A DNA stretch of 64,000 nucleotides, from the IMG/VR virus record IMGVR_UViG_3300009093_000034, positions 124,001-188,000 of that record; one strand, written 5' to 3'. Below are positions 1 to 8,284 of the stretch, piece by piece. Position 1 is the stretch's first letter. The number at the start of each line of letters is the position of its first letter. The notes beneath the pieces were generated by a model. It made no database searches. It was not told the origin of the DNA and saw only the letters and a list, made by a program, of their open reading frames with translations. The position numbers and the translations under genes are program-made.

Positions 1-19
1 CTTGGACCCTCTACTATGA
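1..19 (+). CDS. C-terminal tail of an upstream gene (...LDPLL*), probable third paralog of the GT array
   Basis: ttg gac cct cta cta tga overlaps the ATG at 16 (ATGA), same DPLL* ending as the next two genes. Confidence 0.55.
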
Positions 20-1227
20 ATCTAAAAGATTACTTGATCAAGAACCAAGAGTTGGGTCTTCCTTACGCCAACTACTACAGAAAAGACTTTGATGAGGTTC
101 CTCTTCCAGAGGATATCAAACTTCAGATGGACTCCCAACTAAGAGACCAAAAACATATCATGAACCTTCTAGCTCCCGAGGCTTTCATCTGGATTGTCTA
201 CTCAGGAGTTGAGGACATCACTGAGTTCTTATCTTACTATTCTAGAGTTCTCCCAAAGAACACTCGAGCCATTGTTCTGTTGGATCGATTGTCTCCTAAG
301 CCAGCTAAAGAAGTCAAAGATCTTTTTGAAGCTGTTTGGACCACTTTATTTCTTGAGATCCCTGAGAACTGTACTTACAGTTTTGTCAGGGTCCAACTCT
401 ATTACTTCTCCTATCTCTTCAACAGGCTAGGAAAGTGGACTTGGAACTTGTTCGTGGACGTGGATGAGTTTCTACCTTTACCTAAAGAACATCCAACTTT
501 CTCTAGTTTGTTTCAACTACTGGACTCTAAGAACATCACTCAGCTTTGTACCACCCTGTTGGATACTTGGGAGCTTAGAAAAAATGGGATCTCAGATATG
601 TACTTTGATTCCATGGAGGAAGAGGAGTTACAGAACAACTTAGACCTTCATCTCTCAAAGGGATGGTGGCTAACAGATAACCAAGATCTTCCTTTCTTAG
701 AAACTGATGGAAAGAGACGTGTGTTTTACAACTTCTTCAGAAACAAGGTTCTTGGGATCACTAGTTACGATGACATCCTTCAGAAGACTGTCTTGGTCAA
801 AAGAACAGACAACAACTACTTGTACTCATTGAGCAACCATGAACCTTTCTCTTTCTATCGTTCTGAGAATGAGTTTCTTGTTCGATATCCTTTGATCCAC
901 AAGAAGTTCTTGAGAGACATTTATCCAAAAGCTCTTGCTTCTGTCTTCAAGAAAGAAAAACAGATCAAAGAACTTGGAAGAAACACCAACGCCTGGGCCG
1001 ATCACTTTTACTGGGTGGATGCTCTTGAAGAGCTCAATAAACAAGTAGGTGAAGGTTTCGGACCTTACAAGGTGTTAGGAGATCACGATGACGACTCTCT
1101 TTTTAGAGCTCATGGCTTTCACTTGTCCAAGTTGAGTGAACTAGTAGACAACGATCTTACGTTCTCTCTTAAAGATTTTCCTTACCAATCAATGTATCCG
1201 TTTCTCAATGTGGATCCTCTACTATGA
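16..1227 (+). CDS. Glycosyltransferase family 2-like (Glyco_tranf_2_4 type) protein, paralog A
   Basis: WNLFVDVDEFL DxDE motif; aligns along its length with 1224..2474. Confidence 0.65.
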   Translation: MNLKDYLIKNQELGLPYANYYRKDFDEVPLPEDIKLQMDSQLRDQKHIMNLLAPEAFIWIVYSGVEDITEFLSYYSRVLPKNTRAIVLLDRLSPKPAKEVKDLFEAVWTTLFLEIPENCTYSFVRVQLYYFSYLFNRLGKWTWNLFVDVDEFLPLPKEHPTFSSLFQLLDSKNITQLCTTLLDTWELRKNGISDMYFDSMEEEELQNNLDLHLSKGWWLTDNQDLPFLETDGKRRVFYNFFRNKVLGITSYDDILQKTVLVKRTDNNYLYSLSNHEPFSFYRSENEFLVRYPLIHKKFLRDIYPKALASVFKKEKQIKELGRNTNAWADHFYWVDALEELNKQVGEGFGPYKVLGDHDDDSLFRAHGFHLSKLSELVDNDLTFSLKDFPYQSMYPFLNVDPLL

Positions 1228-2474
1228 CCATAGATCTTGATGCTATTCAACGAAGGCTCAGACAAAATCAAGATAGGTTGGAGTTTCCTTACGATAGCAT
1301 TCATCCATGGAATCAGGCTTACTCGATCATAGATGAACTCAAAGTTGAACTAGACAAGCAGTTAAAAGGACAGCAAGACTTCTTCAAACGACTAAAACCG
1401 AAGATGTATCTTTGGGTGGTGATTGGAGAGAACGATGATCACAAGAAGTTCATTTCTTACTATTCCAAGATCCTTCCTAGAGATACCGAAGCCATCTTGT
1501 TGTTTGACCATGTGAGTGAGGCAACTAAGAAACAGTTTCTAAAAGCGTGGCCTAACTCTCTTATCTTGAACGTTCCTGATTTTAATTATCACTATGATAA
1601 GGTCAGGTTCACTTTTTTCTCGTCTCTCTATCCTAAGTTAGGTGAGGACGTTTGGAACTTGTTTCTAGATCTAGATGAGTTCTTACCTTTGTTCTCAGAT
1701 CACTATGACATTGAAGGTCTTTGCGAGTTGTTGGAGAGAAAGAAGATCACCCAACTCACTTCGATCATGCTAGATGTTTGGGAGCTCCAAAAATGTGGAC
1801 AAAGAGATTTGTACTTTGATTCCTTTGGAGACAAAGGTCATCAGATTGCCAGAGAGAACTATTACTTGAATCATCGATACGACCCTGTGGTTCAGTACGA
1901 GAAAGACGTCTTGTTCGGGGTAGATCTCAACAAAGGCGAGAACTTCTTCATCAAAGAGAACGGATTTAGAGTAATGAACTTTCAACATCTAAGAGGAAAG
2001 TTGCTTGGTTACAATGAACCAAATAGCGCTCAAAAGGTTGTGTTGGTCAAACCTACTTCAAAATACTCGTATTCAGGTTCTAGCCATGAACCTCATTATG
2101 CTTACCAATCCACTAGTGAGATCCTTACTAGGTATCCTTTGATCCATATGAAGTTCATCAGAGAGACTCACTTTGGAAAGATGAAAGAATACTCTGACAA
2201 AGAGACTAAGATCGTAGATTCTCAGAAAGAGATCATGGGTTGGAGAAACGATCCTCTCTATAAGAAGCCAAAGAAGTTGTTATATGAGTCTGGAATTGGA
2301 CCTTACCAACTTCTTGGAGACCACGATGATGATAAGGTATTTGAGATGTTCGGGGATAGGTTGACTCTTCTTTCTGGCGTGTTCACCAAGAACTTCAAGT
2401 TCAACTCTCTTAAGTGTTTCTTTGGTCAAACTGGACCCATGTTTCCAACACTTTTTGTTGATCCTTTACTCTAA
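1224..2474 (+). CDS. Glycosyltransferase family 2-like protein, paralog B
   Basis: WNLFLDLDEFL motif; ATGA coupling; ends VDPLL. Confidence 0.65.
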   Translation: MTIDLDAIQRRLRQNQDRLEFPYDSIHPWNQAYSIIDELKVELDKQLKGQQDFFKRLKPKMYLWVVIGENDDHKKFISYYSKILPRDTEAILLFDHVSEATKKQFLKAWPNSLILNVPDFNYHYDKVRFTFFSSLYPKLGEDVWNLFLDLDEFLPLFSDHYDIEGLCELLERKKITQLTSIMLDVWELQKCGQRDLYFDSFGDKGHQIARENYYLNHRYDPVVQYEKDVLFGVDLNKGENFFIKENGFRVMNFQHLRGKLLGYNEPNSAQKVVLVKPTSKYSYSGSSHEPHYAYQSTSEILTRYPLIHMKFIRETHFGKMKEYSDKETKIVDSQKEIMGWRNDPLYKKPKKLLYESGIGPYQLLGDHDDDKVFEMFGDRLTLLSGVFTKNFKFNSLKCFFGQTGPMFPTLFVDPLL

Positions 2475-2601
2475 GACTAAGATATTGATCTTCGAGATCA
2501 AACATGTATGATGGTTTCCCCTAGGAGACTAGGGTGTTTCTTAGGGGAAACCCTCTCTTTTTATAAAGATTTTTTCAAAAAGTTTCTCTTTTTTCCTGAG
2601 A

Positions 2602-2614
2602 CTGAGATATTGTA
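2602..2614 (+). promoter_or_regulatory. Class A promoter-like motif CTGAGATATTGTA (representative copy)
   Basis: Near-identical copies at 3850, 14944, 20569, 26141, 31378, 31918, 34695, 37683, 39335 and 43071, all on + just upstream of gene or RNA starts. Confidence 0.75.
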
Positions 2615-2725
2615 ACCGTCAGCACTAACTGTGCAAAGTTCTTTCAGAATAGAAGTAAAATTAAAAATATATGTTCCGACCGTTGGTTGGAACTTCCGAA
2701 AATCTATTCTGTAAAGAGGTTCTTT

Positions 2726-3772
2726 ATGAACAAGCTTTTTACGATTCTTTCTGTGGTTCTCCTGGCTGCTTTTGCCAGTTGTACCATGCCTGGTTCGTCC
2801 ACCAAGACTTACCAGAAGATCCCTGTGATCGCCGGAGCTAAGGCCCCCACCCACACTTCTCGTAACATCTCTCTTGGAGATGGAGAAGCCGTAGCTCCTG
2901 AGCTGTTCTCGATCTCACCAGTAGTGACTGGTTGGGTTGGAAGCTCCACTCCCGTCACCGATGGTGAAGTCTTGACTTACACTTACTTTGGTGCTACGTT
3001 GAAGATGGTCGTTCACATGGACGTCCCGGTTGTAGGTGCCATCACCTATACTACTGACACTTTGGATGTCAGCGGAAATCCCACAGGTGTCTATGATACT
3101 ACTGTTGGGGCAGGCTTTGATGCTAACGCGTCCTTCTCCGAAGATGGTACCACCTACCCTGGTTCTGTAGGAGTAACCACGCTGAATAGCGTGTGGAATG
3201 CTTCTAACACCAGTCATGTGACTGCTGTTCTTAACGTGGGAGGAACTAGTTTCTCAATCGATCAGAAACTTTACATGAGTTTCTGGAACACGTCGACAAG
3301 TCCTGCTAAGCTGTATTGGGTGTACTACATCCACATGGTTATTCCTTCAGGAACCATCGATGGTAACGGCGGATTTACTGCGGCTGGTGCTGAATACGTT
3401 GATGAGAATGCTTACAACGTCAGCACTGAACCTGGAGTTTCTGGTCCGTTTGATTCTAGCTTGCTTTCCGCTCAGCTTTCCTACTCGAATAGTGTCTTCC
3501 TTATTAAGGCTACTCCTAATAAGGTTGGTGTACTCTTCAAGTACGGAACTCAGACTCCGGTTTCGCCTCCTACTTCCTCCATCATTACAGATGGTGTAGC
3601 TGGAGATCCTACGAGTGCTACCTTGGCATCTGCTGCTCCTACCTATACTCCTACAGATTCCTCTTGGGGATCTGGAACCTTGTACTACTACAGCACTCCG
3701 TATAAGTGGATCAAGGGTAGTTCGGATGGTCAGCCTGGTACCGATCAGGATAAGTTCAACGGTCTTCAGTAA
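2726..3772 (+). CDS. Ser/Thr-rich lipoprotein
   Basis: MNKLFTILSVVLLAAFASC signal peptide plus lipobox Cys; RBS AAGAGG. Confidence 0.75.
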   Translation: MNKLFTILSVVLLAAFASCTMPGSSTKTYQKIPVIAGAKAPTHTSRNISLGDGEAVAPELFSISPVVTGWVGSSTPVTDGEVLTYTYFGATLKMVVHMDVPVVGAITYTTDTLDVSGNPTGVYDTTVGAGFDANASFSEDGTTYPGSVGVTTLNSVWNASNTSHVTAVLNVGGTSFSIDQKLYMSFWNTSTSPAKLYWVYYIHMVIPSGTIDGNGGFTAAGAEYVDENAYNVSTEPGVSGPFDSSLLSAQLSYSNSVFLIKATPNKVGVLFKYGTQTPVSPPTSSIITDGVAGDPTSATLASAAPTYTPTDSSWGSGTLYYYSTPYKWIKGSSDGQPGTDQDKFNGLQ

Positions 3773-3791
3773 GACTCAAGTTTGATCTACG

Positions 3792-3821
3792 AAATCCGGC
3801 CTTCGGGCCGGATTTTTTTTT
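3792..3821 (+). terminator. Rho-independent terminator
   Basis: AAATCCGGCC-TTCG-GGCCGGATTT followed by T run. Confidence 0.9.
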
Positions 3822-3871
3822 GACAAAAAGTTTCTATTTGACTAATTACTTGAGATATTGATATTACACAA

Positions 3872-4022
3872 CAAATCGCGGTGGTTGTAACTCATACTTC
3901 GAACAAACTGTAAATTTGTCTATTGTAGGTGAGAATCCTACCGTCCCCACCAAACTTATTGTATACTACAGTCAGCTTGGTGGGGATGATGAAAAATCAG
4001 AGTTCCTAAATATTCCCGATTT
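3872..4022 (+). ncRNA. Circularly permuted tRNA-mimic RNA 1 (YrlA/Y-RNA-like) carrying a GUA anticodon-like arm
   Basis: T arm 3925-3941; acceptor 3942-3953 pairs with downstream 3977-3988; ends pair (AAATCG..GG / CC.CGATTT). Confidence 0.6.
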
Positions 4023-4027
4023 TATAC

Positions 4028-4101
4028 GCTACGTTAGCTCATGTAGGTAGAGCAGCTGATTTGTAACCAGCAGGCGAAGGGTGCAAGTCCTTTACGTAGC
4101 A
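4028..4101 (+). tRNA. tRNA-Thr(TGT)
   Basis: Cloverleaf, acceptor GCTACGT/ACGTAGC, loop TT-TGT-AA; no CCA. Confidence 0.85.
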
Positions 4102-4104
4102 TCA

Positions 4105-4460
4105 TTCTTTCTCTTTACCCGAAAGAGACTGGACCGAAAGGGTAGTTGGATAGCGGCGGTAGTTTTGAGGAGTTTCTTACTTCTCTGAAAGAACAATCCG
4201 TCCTTGAACAGCCTCCAACGAAGTAAGAAAGGGTCACGTTCGACTTATCCGGAGCGTGAATCTAAATGGTCTATGACCAGGGGATTAAAAGCACCGGAGG
4301 TTGGGAAGCAGCCAAGAATCAGTACTCGGTGGGCGGGAGTGGCCAAAACTGATTCATTCGTAGCGACGGGAAGATCGATTTCATCTTCTCCACCACAAGG
4401 CATCTTGATGAGATCTCTTGTGGGGGAAAATAAAGATCGAGACTCATTAGTTTCCTACAA
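4105..4460 (+). ncRNA. Large orphan structured RNA
   Basis: Helices 4173-4183/4220-4230, 4212-4216/4296-4300 (pseudoknot), 4316-4323/4348-4355, 4393-4399/4417-4423; no credible ORF. Confidence 0.55.
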
Positions 4461-4463
4461 CAT

Positions 4464-4548
4464 GGATAGGTACGTTAGCGGCTATACAGGCGGTCTTGAA
4501 AACCGTTCGCTCCGCAAGGAGCCGTGAGTTCGAGTCTCACCCTATCCG
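4464..4548 (+). tRNA. tRNA-Ser(TGA)
   Basis: GGATAGG/CCTATCC, loop CT-TGA-AA, long variable arm, G73. Confidence 0.9.
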
Positions 4549-4551
4549 GAA

Positions 4552-4890
4552 AAATCCAACCGATACAGGTCGATCGGAAATGGTGTACGTACCTAGTTTG
4601 CGCTAGGATCGCAATGCGGGACTTCAAACCTGTTTGAGTGGTGAATCATAACCCTCAAGTTGGAATTCATTTTCCTTCTTCGAAGATTCACGCCGAAAGG
4701 TAAAACCGCTCAATTTTTTGAAATAAGGACAATTCCTATGCTAACCCCTTAGATAAGGGAAGGCAGAAAGAATCGGTGAGGTGTTTTGATAGTACTCTTG
4801 GGACCACGGGTGTTCACTCAAAAGAGGCTAACAATGGGAAAAGAACAATTGTCATCTAACATCTACTAGATGAGTTCTTAGTACCAATGT
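4552..4890 (+). ncRNA. Large orphan structured RNA
   Basis: 4555-4560/4659-4664 crossing 4641-4647/4685-4691; 4841-4858/4867-4879; no ORF. Confidence 0.5.
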
Positions 4891-4896
4891 TTTAAC

Positions 4897-4979
4897 GGGT
4901 AGGTGTCTCGAGCGGCAAAGAGGGCGGACTGTAAATCCGTTGCGTTAACGCTTCGTGGGTTCGAGTCCCACCCTGCCCA
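4897..4979 (+). tRNA. tRNA-Tyr(GTA)
   Basis: Canonical type II cloverleaf, loop CT-GTA-AA. Confidence 0.9.
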
Positions 4980-5089
4980 TAAACACGGGCCGAAAGGCGG
5001 TCAAGCTCAAGCGTGTCTAAAAATCTTGAGTAGCAGGTTGGCTATGCTTCGTAAGGAACCAACTAGGGCAGACGCCGAAAAGGTCGAAC

Positions 5090-5176
5090 GGGAGTTGTCT
5101 CCGTCACCTGACTGTAAATCAGGCGTGACAAAACGGACGGAATAGATCACAAGTGGAGCATTACCACCAACTCTCA
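5090..5176 (+). ncRNA. D-armless tRNA-like RNA with GUA anticodon arm
   Basis: 8-bp acceptor GGGAGTTG/CAACTCTC, CCTGA-CTGTAAA-TCAGG arm, T-like arm GTGG-AGCATTA-CCAC. Confidence 0.55.
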
Positions 5177-5339
5177 TAAATCTTTTCTGTTAGCGCGCGT
5201 GTTGATGGAAGAGTCGCTTTTGATGTGTAGGCATAGGTTCACCCTCTGTGCCATGCAGAAAGAGAAATGAAATTCTGTTATTGGAGCCGAGATTTACCGG
5301 TGAGCTTTGGTAACGCTGGATGGAGTAACCAGCAAACAT

Positions 5340-5421
5340 GGTGGTCGTGGAGAAATGGTAGCCTCGCTAGATTGTGGATCTGGTGCTTAATCGCGTGCGG
5401 GTTCGAGCCCCGTCGACCACC
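5340..5421 (+). tRNA. tRNA-His(GTG), unusually long variable region
   Basis: G-1:C73, loop TT-GTG-GA, 13-nt variable region. Confidence 0.85.
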
Positions 5422-5458
5422 CTTTGATGGAATCACTAATTTGTAAGAGGTGATTGCT

Positions 5459-5749
5459 ATGACCAGTCAAGAAGGCCTTCAGGCTCAAGTAAACGACATC
5501 TTCGAAGAGATTCGACGAGAGGTTGATCCTGACGCAGCTTATGGAAATGAAGACGAAGCTATTGAAGAACTTTTCACAAAGTTTGATCTGAAGCTTTCTG
5601 AAGTCTTCAAGGGCTGGTCCAGATCTCCATCTGGAGATGTCGAACAAGCTCTTAATTGGGCTGTGAGAAACTCTGGAAGCGGAGTTTTTGTCTATGATCC
5701 AACTGACGAAGGATCTGGACAAGTCACAATTTTGAAGATCATCGAGTAA
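5459..5749 (+). CDS. Acidic hypothetical protein
   Basis: RBS AAGAGG, typical codon usage. Confidence 0.65.
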   Translation: MTSQEGLQAQVNDIFEEIRREVDPDAAYGNEDEAIEELFTKFDLKLSEVFKGWSRSPSGDVEQALNWAVRNSGSGVFVYDPTDEGSGQVTILKIIE

Positions 5750-5752
5750 GAA

Positions 5753-6028
5753 ATGTCTAGGTCTAAAGAGTTTAGACGAGAACGTGAAAAGGTCCAAAAG
5801 ACCAAGAGTAGGAAACTACTCAGGCGTTGGTGGAAAGTAGGAACTAAGATCGAAGAACCTTCGGACAGAGCAGTTGGTCATATGACCAGTACTCATCGAA
5901 GACCTTGTTCTTGTGAGATGTGTTGTAACCCACGACGTAGTGTTCTTTCTAGTGGTGAGTCAAAGCTTACCATTCAAGAAAGAAAAGACAAAGACGAGTC
6001 TCTTCATCAACTTAAAGAGGCTGCATAA
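5753..6028 (+). CDS. Basic hypothetical protein with CSCxxCCNPRR motif
   Basis: Cys motif seen in small phage proteins. Confidence 0.7.
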   Translation: MSRSKEFRREREKVQKTKSRKLLRRWWKVGTKIEEPSDRAVGHMTSTHRRPCSCEMCCNPRRSVLSSGESKLTIQERKDKDESLHQLKEAA

Positions 6029-6090
6029 AGGAGTGCTTGATGCACTTGATTAGAAATTGTGTCAATGACACCATTTAAGTTTTGAAAGAA

Positions 6091-6255
6091 AAAGAAAGCG
6101 TCGGTGGTTAGACTTACTTCGGATTATCAACCGCGTGGTGTGGGTTCGATTCCCATAGCTCTCCCTAAAACATCTTTGAGATAGGGTTTTTTAGGGAGAG
6201 CTTAGCTTAATGGATAGAGCACGTAACTTAGTTTGACCGATTATTACCTTTCTTT
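6091..6255 (+). ncRNA. Circularly permuted tRNA-mimic RNA 2 (YrlA/Y-RNA-like)
   Basis: T arm 6140-6156, then 14-bp acceptor 6157-6170/6189-6202 closed by a hairpin, then D arm 6203-6220; 5' and 3' ends pair in place of the anticodon arm. Confidence 0.75.
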
Positions 6256-6259
6256 ATAT

Positions 6260-6330
6260 AGACCCTTAGTGTAACGGAAACATGTGAAGCCTTGAACTTC
6301 ATGTCGCGGGTTCAACTCCTGCAGGGTCTA
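6260..6330 (+). tRNA. tRNA-Gln(TTG)
   Basis: TGAAG-CC-TTG-AA-CTTCA arm, T arm, acceptor AGACCCT/AGGGTCT. Confidence 0.85.
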
Positions 6331-6459
6331 ACCATTAGGTTATATGTCTGTACCGATCTAGGACGTTGCACGACTTCTTTCTTGGGATTAAGAGAAGCCG
6401 TGTCAGGCCTGGGGTAAAAAGCAGATTGGACGCTCAAGACCCAGCGAAGCGTTCATCAT

Positions 6460-6530
6460 AGGTCGTTCGTTCAATGGTAGGACTCTGGTCTCCAAAACCA
6501 AGAATGTGGGTTCAATTCCTACACGGCCTG
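6460..6530 (+). tRNA. tRNA-Trp(CCA)
   Basis: Loop CT-CCA-AA, AGGTCGT/ACGGCCT, G73. Confidence 0.9.
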
Positions 6531-6535
6531 TACAT

Positions 6536-6622
6536 AGAGTAGTACGTTAGCGGCTATACAGCACGCCTGGAAAGTGTGTTTCTCGGGTAACCGAGACGTG
6601 AGTTCGAGTCTCACCTACTCTG
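6536..6622 (+). tRNA. tRNA-Ser(GGA)
   Basis: Loop CT-GGA-AA, long variable arm, G73. Confidence 0.9.
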
Positions 6623-6629
6623 TCATTTT

Positions 6630-6703
6630 GCTTGTATAGCTCAGTTGGTTAGAGCGTTACCTTGACATGGTAAAGGTCCCTGGTTCGAATCCAGGTGCGA
6701 GTA
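6630..6703 (+). tRNA. tRNA-Val(GAC)
   Basis: Canonical D and T arms, loop TT-GAC-AT. Confidence 0.9.
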
Positions 6704-6705
6704 TA

Positions 6706-6850
6706 GAGATCATTGGGGCAAGAGCTCTTCTTAGCTTATCGTCGCCAATCAGAAGACTCCTGTGCCTGCCTAAGGGTCATTCTAGTTGGAATAAAAACGA
6801 TCGTTTGCTTGAGGCAGGATTAAGTTGGCACCTCTTCCTTCAATGATCTC
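6706..6850 (+). ncRNA. Orphan structured RNA
   Basis: 10-bp closing stem GAGATCATTG/CAATGATCTC with internal helices. Confidence 0.45.
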
Positions 6851-6864
6851 ATAAGGAACGAAAA

Positions 6865-7161
6865 ATGCTTCAATTGTCTCCTCTTGCTCTACGATACATC
6901 GAAGTTCTTAATAAAAGAACCAATGATGGCTCAGCAACAGCTCCTCAAGCTTGGGTTGTTGAACTTGATGGTAAGTCTATCTCCAACAGCTCTGGAAAGA
7001 GTGTTTGGGCCAAAAAGGGTTATGCTAGATTATCTATCACCAACATTTTGATGCCTATCAGGGCTCATAATGGAAATCCATGGATTGGACAAAGAGAACG
7101 ATTCAACGCCATTCAAGAGTTGATTGACTCTGGTCGATTGGTGATCAAGAGGATCTCATGA
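6865..7161 (+). CDS. Hypothetical protein
   Basis: RBS AAGGA; ATGA-coupled to next gene. Confidence 0.65.
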   Translation: MLQLSPLALRYIEVLNKRTNDGSATAPQAWVVELDGKSISNSSGKSVWAKKGYARLSITNILMPIRAHNGNPWIGQRERFNAIQELIDSGRLVIKRIS

Positions 7162-7367
7162 GTGATAGATCTAAGATCCTAAAGCAGTTTAGGTCTGAAA
7201 ATAGATCTTTACTTTGGCTCAGGATGAGCATCGCTAACAGCTTTTTTGAAGATGACCACCCATCGGGATGGGGTCGAGATTGGAGTGAGTTGTTGGTTGA
7301 TGAAAAGATTCCTTACGTAGAAAAAGCTGACAGCTACATCAAAAAATACGCAAAACTGCCGGATTAG
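7158..7367 (+). CDS. Hypothetical protein (TAG stop inside tRNA-Thr)
   Basis: Coupled start; ends in TAG. Confidence 0.6.
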   Translation: MSDRSKILKQFRSENRSLLWLRMSIANSFFEDDHPSGWGRDWSELLVDEKIPYVEKADSYIKKYAKLPD

Positions 7368-7428
7368 TTAAACGGTATAACACCTGTTTCGTACTCAGGT
7401 ATTGGGGGTTCAATTCCTCTATTCGGCT
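7358..7428 (+). tRNA. tRNA-Thr(CGT)
   Basis: GCCGGAT/ATTCGGC, loop TT-CGT-AC. Confidence 0.85.
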
Positions 7429-7442
7429 TCATTTGGAGAAAA

Positions 7443-7799
7443 ATGAAAACAATTTCTTTGATTGCTCTAGTTTTTATTATTCTCACAGGATGCACTACTC
7501 TCTCAACGGCTACATTCAGAGATAACGTTGGTGATTTGAAGTTTGAATATCCTGTCCCCAAGTATTGGGGAGCTTCTATGGTTGATGACATCAAGGAAAA
7601 ATTGGTAGAACTTTCCCATAGAAAAGGATATGCTACTTACAAGGTTCTTTCTTGTTCTGAAGGAACTAAGTCAAACATCACAACGTTAGGGCGTCTTGCT
7701 GCTGGAGTAGGCGGAATTAATGAAGGATCTCAAGGTAGAGATCAACCTCGTCCTACTCTAACGAAAGAAGTTATCTATTTGAAAGTAGAATTCAACTAA
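7443..7799 (+). CDS. Lipoprotein
   Basis: MKTISLIALVFIILTGC lipobox; RBS GGAG. Confidence 0.75.
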   Translation: MKTISLIALVFIILTGCTTLSTATFRDNVGDLKFEYPVPKYWGASMVDDIKEKLVELSHRKGYATYKVLSCSEGTKSNITTLGRLAAGVGGINEGSQGRDQPRPTLTKEVIYLKVEFN

Positions 7800-7805
7800 C
7801 TTTGA

Positions 7806-8273
7806 ATGGAACAACTATCAGAATCCTTAGGCGTCGGCTTCTACAGAGTAGGTCGAATCACCATCCCAGTAAGAATGGCATCACATGCCACAGATCGCCT
7901 GGAACAAAGGTTTCCTGGTGTTGAGATCTCCCAAGTTAAAGAGATATTGAATAAGGGTGTTCAGCAGATCGCCCAACCAAGTGGTCACGTTGAACTTGGG
8001 CAATATTTGATCATCGATCAAAATGATGGTGTGATGTTGCCTATCAAGATTCAGAAGAATGATCGACCTGGGTATGAGAGACAAACCATGGGATTCATCC
8101 CAACGGTTATGGATTGGAAACTTCAATCAGACTCTGATTACCCTGAAGATCTCTTAGACAAGTACCACTTCTTGAAGAAGATCTACGTAGAAAGTGCTTC
8201 ACGATGGGAGGTTCCCAATCTGTCGAAGACAGGAACCTTTAATGGAGAACCTTGTACCATCATCTACGTCTAA
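7806..8273 (+). CDS. Hypothetical protein
   Basis: 155-aa ORF in operon. Confidence 0.6.
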   Translation: MEQLSESLGVGFYRVGRITIPVRMASHATDRLEQRFPGVEISQVKEILNKGVQQIAQPSGHVELGQYLIIDQNDGVMLPIKIQKNDRPGYERQTMGFIPTVMDWKLQSDSDYPEDLLDKYHFLKKIYVESASRWEVPNLSKTGTFNGEPCTIIYV

Positions 8274-8284
8274 AGGAATTTGAC

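Noticed and set aside
4204-5145. ORFs 4204-4527, 4903-5145, 11217-11501, 16160-16405, 16572-16847, 20632-20919, 21355-21561
   Set aside because: They overlap tRNA or structured RNA genes, lack RBS and have atypical composition
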